Source: Octopus vulgaris | Lineage: Eukaryota | Assembly (NCBI GenBank): GCA_951406725.2 | Contig: OX597815.1 | Coordinates: forward strand, 85,560,001-85,624,000 | DNA length: 64,000 nt | Direction: 5' to 3' | Shown here: positions 14,480 through 27,854 of the stretch, one piece after another | How positions within the stretch are numbered: the stretch's first letter is position 1 | Layout of the letters: each line of letters begins with the position of its first letter | Notes under the pieces: model-generated | The model's input: the letters and a program-made list of their open reading frames with translations, nothing else | Told to the model about the DNA's origin: nothing | Databases searched by the model: none | Translations under genes and position numbers: made by a program

Positions 14480-16178
14480 AGGAAAATGCATGTTGTAATA
14501 AGCTTCAACATTTAAATTTTGCTTTATAAATTGATGAGTTAATAGACATTACCAACAAAACGCATCTATTGGCATGTTTACCTTTTACTGAAGATCAAAC
14601 AGTACATCAGTGTTTTGTGGCAAAAAAATGCCAGGCACTTGAATAGTAGAAAACATTCTTTTTTTTTATTCTTTAAATAGCTACTTTGAAAAGTGGCAAA
14701 TATCACGGAAGTCATGGTTTGGCATTTATACTGATGGAGCTCCCCTTTTGGCAGACTGTATGAAAGGGATAACAACACATGTAAAAGAAGCAAAACCTGG
14801 ATGTTATTATAACTTACTGCTTTCTGCATCGAGGCCTTCATTGCAAAAACATTGGGGTTAAATAGAAACGGGCTTTAGACCAAGTTGTCAAAATACTTAA
14901 TTTTATTAAAAGCAACCCATTAAAAATTCGTTTGTTTCAGAAAATTTCTATTGACATGAACACTTAGCACTGACGTTACTTTTGTACATCGAAGTGCATT
15001 CACTTCGATGAGATGGATTTCAAAGTAGAAAGTGATCAGCCGTGTGAATAACTTCATGTATTTTTTTTGAAGAATCACCTTTTTTCGAGTATCTTCTGGA
15101 ATATTTGACAAATATAAAGATGAAAAATATCTTCAACTCTTCAGATAAGCGAATAGCATTTCAGAAAAAATAGTAATGTGGGAAAGAGAAATCAGAATTG
15201 ATAATTTAGATTTTTTCTGTAGTAAGTAAAATACATATAAAAGAAATGACCCCTATCAAAGGTGAGCATGTGACAACCCTAGAAAAGAAAAGGGAAGTTT
15301 TATTTTCCATTAATTAGCATAGATTGAGGCGATGAGCTGGTAGAATCGTTAGCGCGTCGGACAAAGTCCACAGTGACATTTCATCTGGTTTTACGTTCCG
15401 AATTTATATTCCGCCGAGGTCAACTTTGTTTTTCATCTTTTCGAGGTCGATAAAATAAGTAGCAGACCTTGTGCCTGTGGTAGAGAGAATTATTATGCAT
15501 AGAATAATGGTGGCAAGCTAACAGAATCGTTACAGCGTCGGAAAAATGCCCTGCAGTATTTCTTTCGTCTCATTACGTTCTAAGTACAGAGGTCGGTGAC
15601 ATCAACTTATTCCTTTCTCACAAAATTGCTGGCCTAGTGTTTAAGTCAGAAAGTATTATTAAGCCCAGATTGGATTCGATTGGATACGAAACCACTTCAT
15701 AAGAATTCCAGTTGATGCTGACCTGAAAATATTTCAAGAAGAGTAATTGGCTGCTATATTCAGCGAACGTGAATAGAAAACCAATTCTGATGAACTATCT
15801 CTTAAAATGTTTTGGTTTACCATCAGAGAAGATTATTCCGCAGTAGCTAAAAAAATAAAAAAATTCTATTTTGATAAAATTTTTAACATCATATTTATGT
15901 AGATTAAGATTTTCTTCATTGACCAACATTAAATTGAAAAAAACAAAAAAGACGAGTGACTTCTGATAGAGCCAAAAAGCAATGTTTATCGTACATACGC
16001 TTCGACATTGAAAAAATTAATAAAAATAATGGAGCAATACTTTGTTTTTAGAGTTTCTTTTTCTAAATTTTTAACTTTAAAGTATGATTTAAAAAAATTT
16101 TTTCACGTAGAGTGCGCACATTAATTTTAGTATTTGATCTTCGGTGTGCAAGCGAAATCAAAACGACTGAGAACACTG
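14480..16178 (+). mobile_element. hAT (Buster/Charlie-like) transposase remnant interrupted by SINEs
   Basis: Fragments IYTDGAP (14724), YCFLHR, ALDQVVKILNFIKSNPLKIRLF, TLLLYIEV, TSYLC..FSSLTNIK; TIR-like GAGAACACTG at the 3' end; left boundary approximate. Confidence 0.7.
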
Positions 16179-17520
16179 GAGTTAGCAGAAAGTCAACTTC
16201 TAATACACGATGTAGAAGGGTGTATGCGTGATCTTAATTCGTATGAAGATGGCAGTTATGTATAAATATGTGTGTGTGTGTGTATGTGTGTGTCTTTGTG
16301 TGTGCGTGACTGTGTATGGACGTATATATGTGCGTAGGTGTATTAGAAAAACGGGTGAATATGTTTTGCGTAACAATATGTAATGTGTAACATTAATATT
16401 TCAATGTTACGCAATTCAAAGTTACATATTTACTATCCCAAGTAATGCTCAATTTCTCACCTTTATATACATACATAAATACATACATACATACATAAAT
16501 ACACACACACATACACACACATACATACATACATACATACATACATACATACATACACACATACATACATACATACACACACATACATACATACACACAC
16601 ACACAAACATACATACATACATACATACATACATACATACATGCATGCAGGCTTGCATACATTATAAAGTCAATATGTAAGTGGAACTGTAAAAATATGT
16701 AAAATATATATTCATGACATATAAACATGGCATATAAATATTTTCATATATACATGCGTGCGCGCACACACACACATATATACTCATGCATATATACTTA
16801 TACACATACACTTATATACGATTACATCCAACCCCCCACAACCATACACATATGTATATACATGTATTTGCATATATGCACATGAACAATAGATGTGCAG
16901 AAAATTATAGACCGCGTGACTGATATCAATTAAGGAAGAAATGGATAAAAGAATATAAATCCGTATATGTAATATGTATTCATATGTATGCATACATGTA
17001 TATATGTTTCTATATATGTGTGTATGCAAATTAACGACTACATAAAATAATTAAATATATGTATATAAAGCAGTACGCAATTTTAATAAGTTTTAAAGAT
17101 ATAGACATACAGGTATGAATTATATAGAAAATATGTAGACGGGTGAAAAAAAATCAAAACATTAAAAGGCTTAGGAAATTATTTGACAATTATTTTCAAA
17201 TTGGCTTACCATTATAAAAATTATGTATAAAATTAGGAAGGCAGAAAAGATAAATCTATAGGACTTTCAACATGAATAATTGCACAATGATTCTAAGATC
17301 ATGAACAATGAGTTTAGCATCAGAGAAGCATGCGAGCACATATGAATCCATACGTACACAAATACAATAATAGGTGTGTACCCAGGTGCATAAGTACCCA
17401 AGTACATAAAAATATAAGTACATAGTATTTATGTAGAGTGATATACACATGTATAAACACATATATATTTGCATATCCAGAATATGAAGACTAGTTTAAG
17501 ATTTAGGATTTTCAATGAAC

Positions 17521-17781
17521 ACATATAACTTTGTTTTTGGATTTGGTATGCAAGATTCTTTATGTGTGTTCGCGTGTTGAATCATATTTTGTTGTATCTG
17601 TGGAGAATCATTCTCTTTTAGTGCCTTATTATTTAATACACTCACCGGTAAAGTTTCCACTCATTTACTTATTTATTTCTCCTGAATAAGTAAATGAGTG
17701 GAAACTTTACCGGTGAGTGTGTTAAATAATAAGGCACTAAAAGAGAATAACTCTCCCCAGACACAACAACATATAACTTTG
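17521..17781. repeat. Fold-back insertion with 13-bp flanking direct repeat
   Basis: Near-perfect arms of about 85-90 bp (17585-17674 vs 17685-17770); ACATATAACTTTG at 17521-17533 and 17769-17781. Confidence 0.75.
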
Positions 17782-17849
17782 AAAAGTGTAAAGCAGAATA
17801 TTACATGCGATTGTGCGGATTAAAAAGCATAATGCAGATATCTTCGGTC

Positions 17850-17911
<62 letters not shown>

Positions 17912-18649
17912 GTAACAGAATTTAGGATATGGGTGGGAATGCCTAACACTTTTATTCAGGAGTTTTAAAGATTTTTAGTGACTTCGATCATGTTCATACA
18001 AAATAAGATCACCGGTTTTAAGATCTGGGTTGAACTGGTACGGAACACAATCTTCCTTGTGTATGTATGTATGTATGTATGTATGTATGTATGCATGCAT
18101 GCATGTATGTGTTTGTGTATGCATGTGTGTGTATGTATGTAACTATGTATGTATGAATGTATGTGTGTGTGTATGTGTGTGTGTGTGTGAGTGTATATGT
18201 GTATGTATGTATGTATGTAAACATAAAAAAATAGTAAACCGAAGATACAAAGACTTTAAAATCAAATTACGTTACAAAGGTCTTGAATCACCTGCGGCAG
18301 ACAGGGAAGCGTGTAGAGCTACAATTTGGAGCGGTGTTGAAGATTTTAAGCTCGACAGAGTTAAACACAAATGAAAAGAAAAATTCGTAAAAATAAGATT
18401 AATATCAGTAGCGTTGCAAGATTTCCTCATTCCTTCTTTAAATATTCTTTTGCACAAAAGTATACATATCTCACGCTGGTATGAGGTCGTACAAGCATGC
18501 TAGTGTGAGTAGGGCATACATGAGCAACTGGAATCTCATTCCGCATGACCAGCTTCATTGCAATGTCTGTCTAAAAAAAGCAACAAAAAAAAAACAAACA
18601 AACAAAAAACCTGAATGTCACGTGGAGGAGTGAAGCGGCACTTGAACAT

Positions 18650-19055
18650 TATACACGAACAGAAAATGGTGCCAATCCTGAAATGAGATTTAGCTGCAGT
18701 AATATAAATATCTCTTTGAAAATCAAAGAAGAAGAGGATATCTATATCTTAGAAACCTCCAGCTTCTATATCCAGACTATGAATTCGTATTCATACCAAT
18801 AATAATTGGAGCACTAGGTTTTGTTAGTAAATACTTAAAGGATAATCTGGATAAACTGGGATTTTCAGAAAGAGAAATCGACCGACCCATTCGTACATTA
18901 TAAGAGCAATCTGTGAATGGAACAGTACAAATATGCAAGACTTTTCTCAAGTTCCAAATGTGAATTTGTCTGTGTTAACTACATCTCAATGATAGAGCCT
19001 TGTATCTTTGATAGAAACCGACTCCCTCCTCAGTGGAAGATTTATAATAATTAAA
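18650..19055 (+). mobile_element. 3' end of another RLE-type LINE
   Basis: LQLLYPDYEFVFIPIIIGALGFVSKYLKDNLDKLGF, the same PxxxGALG motif as the 53-kb fragment. Confidence 0.6.
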
Positions 19056-19688
19056 TAATAGAAGAGACATACAAACAAAAATATCTTGTTATTGATGTTG
19101 AAATTCCAATGAAGGAACCTTGGATCTAGGTTAGAAACCGGCTCTTCCTCTATTTTGAAATAAAACTGAACAATCATACATATAGGTATTTATTGCAAGT
19201 CTAGTAACTACGTAGAAGCTTCTTCGACTGCACCAGTCACACAAAGGTGGAATCATTGACAGACCATGCGCACAGCTCCTACTTCTCTGACTAAGCCTAA
19301 GAAAATGGGAACATTGCTGCAGTAAATGTGAATGGCTCTTGAAACGCCTTTCAGGGCTCAAGAAGTCATTTAAGATCTTACTCTAGGGAAGAACGCGCGC
19401 ACGCGCACACACATGCATGCGTATATACATGCATACGTACATATATAGGTATTTATTGCAGAATATTGGTGTGAACGCATGTGTGATCTAGCGATTAAAA
19501 AAAAGTTTGTTTGCAATCAGCAAGGCATGATCCGATCTCATTGCAGGATATCTTAAGATGTTTACCATAACCATGGGTTAACGTAAATTTTCTGAACGAA
19601 ATTGGGTAGACAGAAATTGTGTGGAGTCCGGCTGGATAGACCGTGTTTGAAATTCAAAGCATCAGCCTAGATAGATGGCTATAAACTG

Positions 19689-19775
<87 letters not shown>

Positions 19776-20081
19776 CATCCACACACACATCACGCGCGCG
19801 CGCGCAGAGGCACGTGTATGTGTAGGTTTGTGTGCATGTGTGTGTGTTATATCACATACCTGTACCTCTGCGTTTACGAGGGATTTTCTATTTTGTGTAT
19901 GTATACAAGCGCGTGCGTATGTGTGTGATTTGTCTGTTTTTTTGTGTATCCGTGTGCTATACTTCTCGTAAATATACATACACTATATATGATAAAAACG
20001 TATAATCTGCATTGAATTCCTCTAATCTAAAACAATAATAAATAGTCAAAACCTCTGTCACAAGACATTTTCACTAAGTCG

Positions 20082-20165
<84 letters not shown>

Positions 20166-20319
20166 CATGTATGTATGTATTTATGTATGTATGTATTTAT
20201 GTATGTATGTATATGTATATATATACATATATGTGTATGTATACATGTGTGAATACATATATACACACATAAATATATATGTATGCAGGTATGTATATAA
20301 GTATATATCTATATATATA

Positions 20320-20368
<49 letters not shown>

Positions 20369-20805
20369 GTATGTATACACACATACACGTTATACATGAA
20401 TCGAATATTTGTCGTTCATATGTATTTATAGCAGTACTGAAATAAAGTTATTAAAGATTAAACCACAACTGCTGCTACTAGCAATGTCAGGTTTACGATT
20501 TTAATAGTAATTATAATTCACGTAGTGTTCCCTGAACTAGGGACCGTCAAATACGTGATATATTAATGCTGATCACATGTCACTGAATAGTTTTACATCT
20601 TGACCTGACCTTGAACGAGCTAGTTTAAGTGTCTATGTGTGGGATACTGAGGTATATGCGTTTGTGTGTTTGAATGAATTGTATGCAGTTATGAGTGGGT
20701 GACTTTTATATAGCAAGTAGTACGCGAGATTGCAGAAAGGAGGACGTTTGCTCACAGTACTTGACGTTTGTTGCTAAATCATTAGTGAAAACAGTGTTGA
20801 TTAAA

Positions 20806-20959
20806 ATGACAGAAAATAGCCTGTCAGGTGTGCGAATACGAACCTTTCATCCCTACATCAACGCAGGTGCGCTACCAGCATTGTTTTTGGTGTTGCTGTT
20901 GCAGTTGTCGTTATTTGTATCAGAGACACATGCTAAGCCTGAATCTGATGCTGCGACAG
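20806..20959 (+). CDS. SMPDL3B: SMPDL3 coding exon 1 (signal peptide)
   Basis: AAAATGA start; MTENS...[30 protein letters not shown]; donor G|GTAAAG, phase 1, completes the Gly of GYFWH in the next exon. Confidence 0.8.
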
Positions 20960-21903
20960 GTAAAGGAAAACATTATTATCTCTTTTTAATTGCTAGTTAC
21001 TCTGTTATATTTCCTTTCTTCTTCAATTAGCCGTGTTATTTGCTATGATGCGTCCTAGCCACGACTATCCCCAACCCATTTTATCCCAGAGCAGGGTGTG
21101 CTGAACAGTTCCTGGTTTTTAAGTGTATCGTGAAAGGCTTGGTTGGAGGCTCAACCTTCCGAGTTCTTTTACAGGGCTTAGAAAAACTGAAGAACCACTG
21201 CAATAGATGTATGAATCTGAGAGGGAAATATGTTGAATCAAATCATAATTTACTGATCCTCCTGTATTTTCTTTTACCCATAGTCAGGAACTTTCAACAC
21301 CCCATGGTGTATCTATGTGCACACACATACACACACCACACACATACATACACACACACTCACACACACACACACCTATGTATACAGCTATATATATTCT
21401 TTTATTCCTTTGTTATTTTCCTTGTTTCAGTCATTTGACTGCGGCCATGCTGGAGCAACGATTTAGTCGAACAAATCGAACCAAAGACTTTATAAGACTA
21501 GTACTTATTTTATCAGTCTCTTTTTGTCGAATCGCTAAGTTTCGGGGACGTAAACACACCAACATCGATTGTCAAGCGATGGTGGGGGACATACTCAGAC
21601 ACAAATACACACACACATGCATGCACACACACACATACACACACACACATACACACAAACACATACACACACATACACACAGACACACGATGGGCTTTCA
21701 GTTTCTGTCTACTAAATCTACTCACAAGGTTTTGGTCGATCTGAGCTATAGGAGAAGACATTTGCACGAGGTGCCACGCAGTGGCACTGAACCTGGAACC
21801 ATGTGGTTGGGAAGCAAGCTTCTTACTTCACAGCCACTCCTGCGCCTATAGAAAATAGGGAACGCTTCACGAATTTGCGTATCATTCTCGCGCAGGGGCC
21901 ATA

Positions 21904-21940
<37 letters not shown>

Positions 21941-21991
21941 ATTGCTGAAACAATATATATCTATATAATATATATATATATATATAAATAA

Positions 21992-22066
<75 letters not shown>

Positions 22067-23675
22067 TATATATAAATATATATATATATATTAGGTCATT
22101 CCATAAACAATGCATGATTGTCAATTACATGAAGTAAAAGTTATATTCGGTATATTTTACTTGATGAGTATAATAAAGGCAACAATGCAAAGGAAAGTGT
22201 GAGGAATATTAATGCAACATATGGGGATCGGATAATAAGCGTTAGCCAGTCTGAACGGTGGTTCCAGAAATTCTGTGTCGGAAACTACAGCCTAGAAGAC
22301 GAGCCTTGACCTGGAAGATTTGCAGAGTTCGACGAGGATGTCCTGCAAGCCCTGGTGAAATAAAATCCTATTGTAACTGTTGAGGAACAAGCAGAGAAGC
22401 TTCGATTTGGCCATTCAACTATCCATCGGCACCTGCGTGCCACCGGAAAAGTCAGCAAAATGGGTCAGTAGGTTCCTCACAAACTTTCCGATTCTATTCG
22501 CGCGCAGAGAGTGAATGTGTGCTCTTCTTTGCTGTCACGTCTCACGAATGAACATTTTTTGGACCGAATAATAACTGATGACGAGAAATGGCTTCCCTAT
22601 AAAATGTCAAGCGCCGAAGACATTGGGTAGGGAGAACAGAAACACTGGCACCCCAGGTTAAAGAAAATTTTCCCTCACGTAAGGTGCTGTTATCTGTTTG
22701 GTGGGTTATGAAAGATTTAGTCCACTTTGACGTTTTCAACCCAAACCAAATGATAACAAAGGAGATCTACTGCGAGCAGCTTGAGCTGCTTAAGTCAGCG
22801 CTTGAAGGAAAACGACCATTTTTAGTTTCAAGACGAAAGGTGCTCTTCCTTCAGGATAATGCTCAGACACATACAGCCAGGATGACATTCCAAAGGCTGG
22901 AGCAGTTTGAATGAGAAACGGTATTCTACCATATTCGCCGGACAATACGCATCTGATTATCATTTATTTCGTTGTCTTCAAAAGAATTTGGGCGGAAAAA
23001 ATATGAACTCTGTGGACGAGGTCAGAACAGTACTGGAGGAGTATCTTTTGTCGCAGGAAAGTGAATTTTGGAAGAGCGGTCTCCCAAGTATATTTTAGAT
23101 TAAAAAAGAACTTCCTTCATCTTAATATTGAAAAATAAAAGTATAAATAATCGCATTACTTATGGGATGACCCAGTATATCTGTATATATAAAAGGCAGG
23201 ATGTGTGTATGTGTGTACGTGAATATAATTTATGCACGTCCACAAATTAGTACGCATGTCGCTCCAATTTTAGGAGGACATTCGTCACAATCCTAGCTAG
23301 ATTTTGTCAACTCATTTTCCCCGAGGCACCAACGGATTGCAGTAAAAGTCGATTTTCAACCATAACATTTAGCAATTTCGAAGTTTGCTAACATGAGTTA
23401 AGTCCCCGTCTTGCCATAGCGGAGTGAAAGTGTGTGTGTTGATGTGTGTGTGTGTGTGTGTGCTTGTAAGGGAGATAGAATAAGTGACAGCGTTCATCAA
23501 AAATAAAAAAATGTAAAATGTTTTTTTCTCTTAAACATGAGATATAGTCTTCAAATTTAGGATGTTTTTGAAAGACACTATATTTTATAATCAGATTATA
23601 TATACTTTCTCACACAACAATTAAAATACATTTATTTCAAATCACTTATTTATCTATTTATCTATAAAAGGCAGG

Positions 23676-23718
<43 letters not shown>

Positions 23719-23879
23719 AATGTAATTTATGTACGTCCACAAATTAGCACGCATGTCACCTCAATTTTAGGACATTGGTCTCGATCATGGCTGTGCTTTT
23801 GTCAACTTATTTTCCCCGAGGCAACCGCGGATAGTGGTAAAAATCGTGTGTATGTGTGTGTATATGTATATATATATGA

Positions 23880-23924
<45 letters not shown>

Positions 23925-26900
23925 CATACACATTTATATACATACAAGCAGATTTTTTATACTTTTATTTTTCAAAATTAAGATAAATGAAATTCTTTGT
24001 TAATCTAAAATATACTTTCCTTCATTTTGTACAATGCTCTTCCATCTGTTTTAAAATTCCGTAACCTCGCCGCGCATTAGAAATAGTTAGAAATATCGAT
24101 TTTTCAAGTCTTTAATTTCCATTAACTTTCTTAAACTTGGTGAAAATGGCATATACTTTGTTAAAATAGTCATTGCATCATTATAAAATAAAAATTAAAA
24201 ATCAGTGGTGGCCAACTATCTCCTAAACGTGGTATGGGGGTAAAATTGGACTAACGATGGTAACGGTACTAAATACTAAATGATATAATATGATCTTAAA
24301 AGACAAGAAATTTAAATGGAAAAAAGGTCAACAAAATTTTCAAACTCTAGATCTTTCTAGAAAATAAAAATAAAAAATGGTTGTTTTACAGGAAAAGGTT
24401 TAATAAAAAGTTGAGCCATAAAAAGCTAGAGACTAAAATCGTAAAAAAAAAAAAAAAATTAATTCGCATTTCATTGAACTTTTTGAAAGGCTCATTTCAT
24501 TAGCAAACACACTTCAATCCCCTTTTATTAACAAATGAAGGACGGAAAGAGACAAATAACGGAATAGAGTAAAGAAGAGAAAAAGGAAGAGATGAAGAGA
24601 GGACAAACATGAAACAAAGGTAGGTCCAGGAAGAAAGATCATGAGCTATTCGAAAAGGAAAGATGGAAGGAGGTGAGTAATGGAATGAAGAGGAGAAATG
24701 GAAAAGGAGGAAGAAGAGAGAAAAGAGAGAACTGTAAAAGATATCATTTGAAATGAAACCGTTGATAAACTTTTGGAATTTAAATCAATACCAAATAGTA
24801 TAAACCCAAATATTCAGTTTACAATGGATATAGTAAAGAACAGCTCCCTTTCTTAGATATTCTGATAAAAAAAAGTAAACAACCAAATTATAACCGACAT
24901 TCATGATAAACCAACAGACTCGAAACAATATCTTGTTTAGTTCATGTCACTCGAAACACATTAAAAGAAACATTCCTTTTAATTTAGCTAACAGGATTTG
25001 CACAATGGTGTCTGATGCAAATACTCTGGAATCTCCGTCTTCAAGTTCCCAGAACAACACTAGCCGAGAGACACTATCCACCTTCATTTATAGATGATCG
25101 AATTAAACGTGCCAAGAAAATAGGTTTTAAAACACTAAGGAAAACAAAACGAATTCCCACACCTTATCTGAAAATACTATCGACTCATAACCCTAGAAAC
25201 ATTGAGGTATATAACACCATTGTTCCAAATCTGTTAATGCTCACTAGGGATCCAAAGATGAACTACATTCTTAAAACATGAATTCACCAAATGTAAAAAG
25301 CAGCCCAAATCACTGATCCAACAGTGCTTTACCAAGGCTATGTAGCAATCTCTTGTTTCCTCCAAGGAAGACTGGTAAGTGTTTTAAGTGAAATCTTCAA
25401 TGGGAGATAGAGAGTATATGGCACTTTATTGTGTAATCATTAAAAAAGGGGACGAGGTGAAAGCGCAATCCAAATTGTTCGTTAAATACTTGCACATAAC
25501 CTGATACCACATTTATTTGGAACGAAGGAGCTTAAGAACTGAAAAGACTTCTGCCAAATGCAAAGATGCACACAACACCACCACCACCACCAACAACAAC
25601 GAAACTAATAGTTAAAAAATGCGGACGTCCAAATTGTGGAACGTGCCCCAAACTACTGGAAGGTTCGAAATTCCACTTCAAACAACGAGAGAGATTCACA
25701 ATTAAGACCAATTTCACTTGTGCGTCTGAAAATTTAATTTATGTCATAACTTGTTCAGGTTGTGGACACAACTATGTAGCCCAAACAAATATATCACTGA
25801 GACGGAGAACTACACTGCATAAGGAACATATCCGTTTCCCGAGGTATAAACAAATATCTTTGAGTGAACACATAGAGAGATGTGCAGGGAATCTCCAACC
25901 AAACTTTACGGTTTTCTTCATCTACCAGTGCAAAGAAAGTTTCTGTACAATAACGATTAAATAAATAAAATATATTTATCGAAAAGTACAAAATACGCCT
26001 GAATATGAACGCATAACATACTTTAGTTTCAGTAAATATTTTAATTCATGATCGCATATCCATCACTGTACATATTTTATCTCACTCCTTTAACTCATGT
26101 GTTTATATATGTCGACGATAACTATTCTAATTGTCAGTCGTTCCTTCGTTTGTACTGCTTACACAATGAATGATAGCGAAGGTGTTTGAATATTACACAG
26201 GCAAGTGCAGCCTTGACGTCATTTTGAAAGAAAATCAGTGTGATACTATCTTAATAAGTGTGATGATTTAATTCACAGGTACATCCCACTCGACTAGCTT
26301 CTGCATAATTTCCCTCTACACATTTTCATTGAGAAGGCTTGTGTCTGTTCGAGGTTTGATAAAAATCACTCCCCGAAGATGTTATGCAGTGAGACCAAGT
26401 GCATGATCTCATGATTGTTAACGAACTTTTTAAACAACCTGACCATGCACGCACCTGACCATTCATGCACGCAAATATTCTCGTTCACAAAGATTGTATT
26501 TGATTATCATCTTAACATGAGTATATAATTCTCATTGTGTACATACATTCTCTCATTGCAACCGATACATTAAGGTGAACAATAAACATCGTTGCATCAT
26601 ATGTTGAGCTCTCCTTTTCGTATCGTGTTCTTTTAAAGTTTGGTCAGAATACGAGTAATAATGATTTAAAATTTTTGGGAAGGAGTAAGTCGATTACCCT
26701 CATGCTTAACTGATACCTAATTTATCGGCACTAAAAGAATGAAAGGTAAAGTCGACCTCGGCGGAATCTAAACACAAAAGACGAAATGCCGCTAAGCACT
26801 TTATCCAGTATGTTAACGATTCTACCAGCTCACCGCCTCGAGAATACGAGTAATAATCTTTTCCATTAAAGACACAAGGCCTAAAATTATGTGAGAGGTA

Positions 26901-27764
26901 AGTCGATTACATCGATTCCAGTGTTTCACTGGTACTTTATTTATCGACCCTGAAAAGGCGAAAGTCAAAATCGACCTCAGCAGAATTTGAACTCAGAACG
27001 TAAGGACGGATGAAATGCTGCAGAGAATTTTGCCCGGCGTGCTAACGATTCTGCCAACTTTTCGCCTTGAAAATAGGAGTAATAATGCAATGATCTTTCA
27101 GTTTAGTGTGATTGAGCTTCAATTTGGGGACTCGAGCAACGACAAATGAGATGGTCAATGCTGAATGATAGTAGCTTACTCGGGGATCAAACCTCTATCG
27201 TTGATCCAATTCACTGGGTATTTGCTACAGGTCTTACTATATTTTATACCGCTCATTTTATAGCTTATAAGAATGGCAACCAGAATATTAATTTCTGAAC
27301 TTTGGTACAAGGCCAGAACTTTTGGGGAAGTGGTAAATCGACCCTAGTGATCAACAGGGACTTATTTTAACAATCCCGAACGATAAAAAGCAAAGTCGAT
27401 TTCAGCGGAATTTGAATTCAGAACGAAAAGACGGATAAAATGCCGCTAAACATTTTGCCCGGCATGCTAACGATTCTGCCTGTCCGCCACCTTAGTGTGA
27501 ATCAGAATATTAGTACTAAAAGACACTTACTAACATTCACACAGAGAAACGTGTGTGTGTGTGTGTGAGTACGTATGTAAGTAAGTATGCGTGTGTATAA
27601 ACCCTATATGCGGTAATATTTAAACTGTAGTATACTGTTTTCAAATTTTGGCACAAGGGCAGCACGCATTTTGCCCGGCGTGCTAACGATTCTTTACAAG
27701 CTGCCGCGTTATTGACTGTAATATATTAAATATTGTTTTACTTAATCGGCTTTTATCAATCCTT

Positions 27765-27854
<90 letters not shown>

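Noticed and set aside
18230-18510. Possible RTE-type LINE 3' fragment (AADREACRATIWSG)
   Set aside because: Only one loose motif; not enough to call
20600-20616. TGACCTGACCTTGAAC nuclear-receptor-like half sites upstream of SMPDL3
   Set aside because: Short motif, unknown transcription start, no independent support
21852-21957. Functional U6 gene
   Set aside because: AGC triad mutated, 5' stem-loop diverged, and (TA)n plus a mariner upstream instead of a promoter
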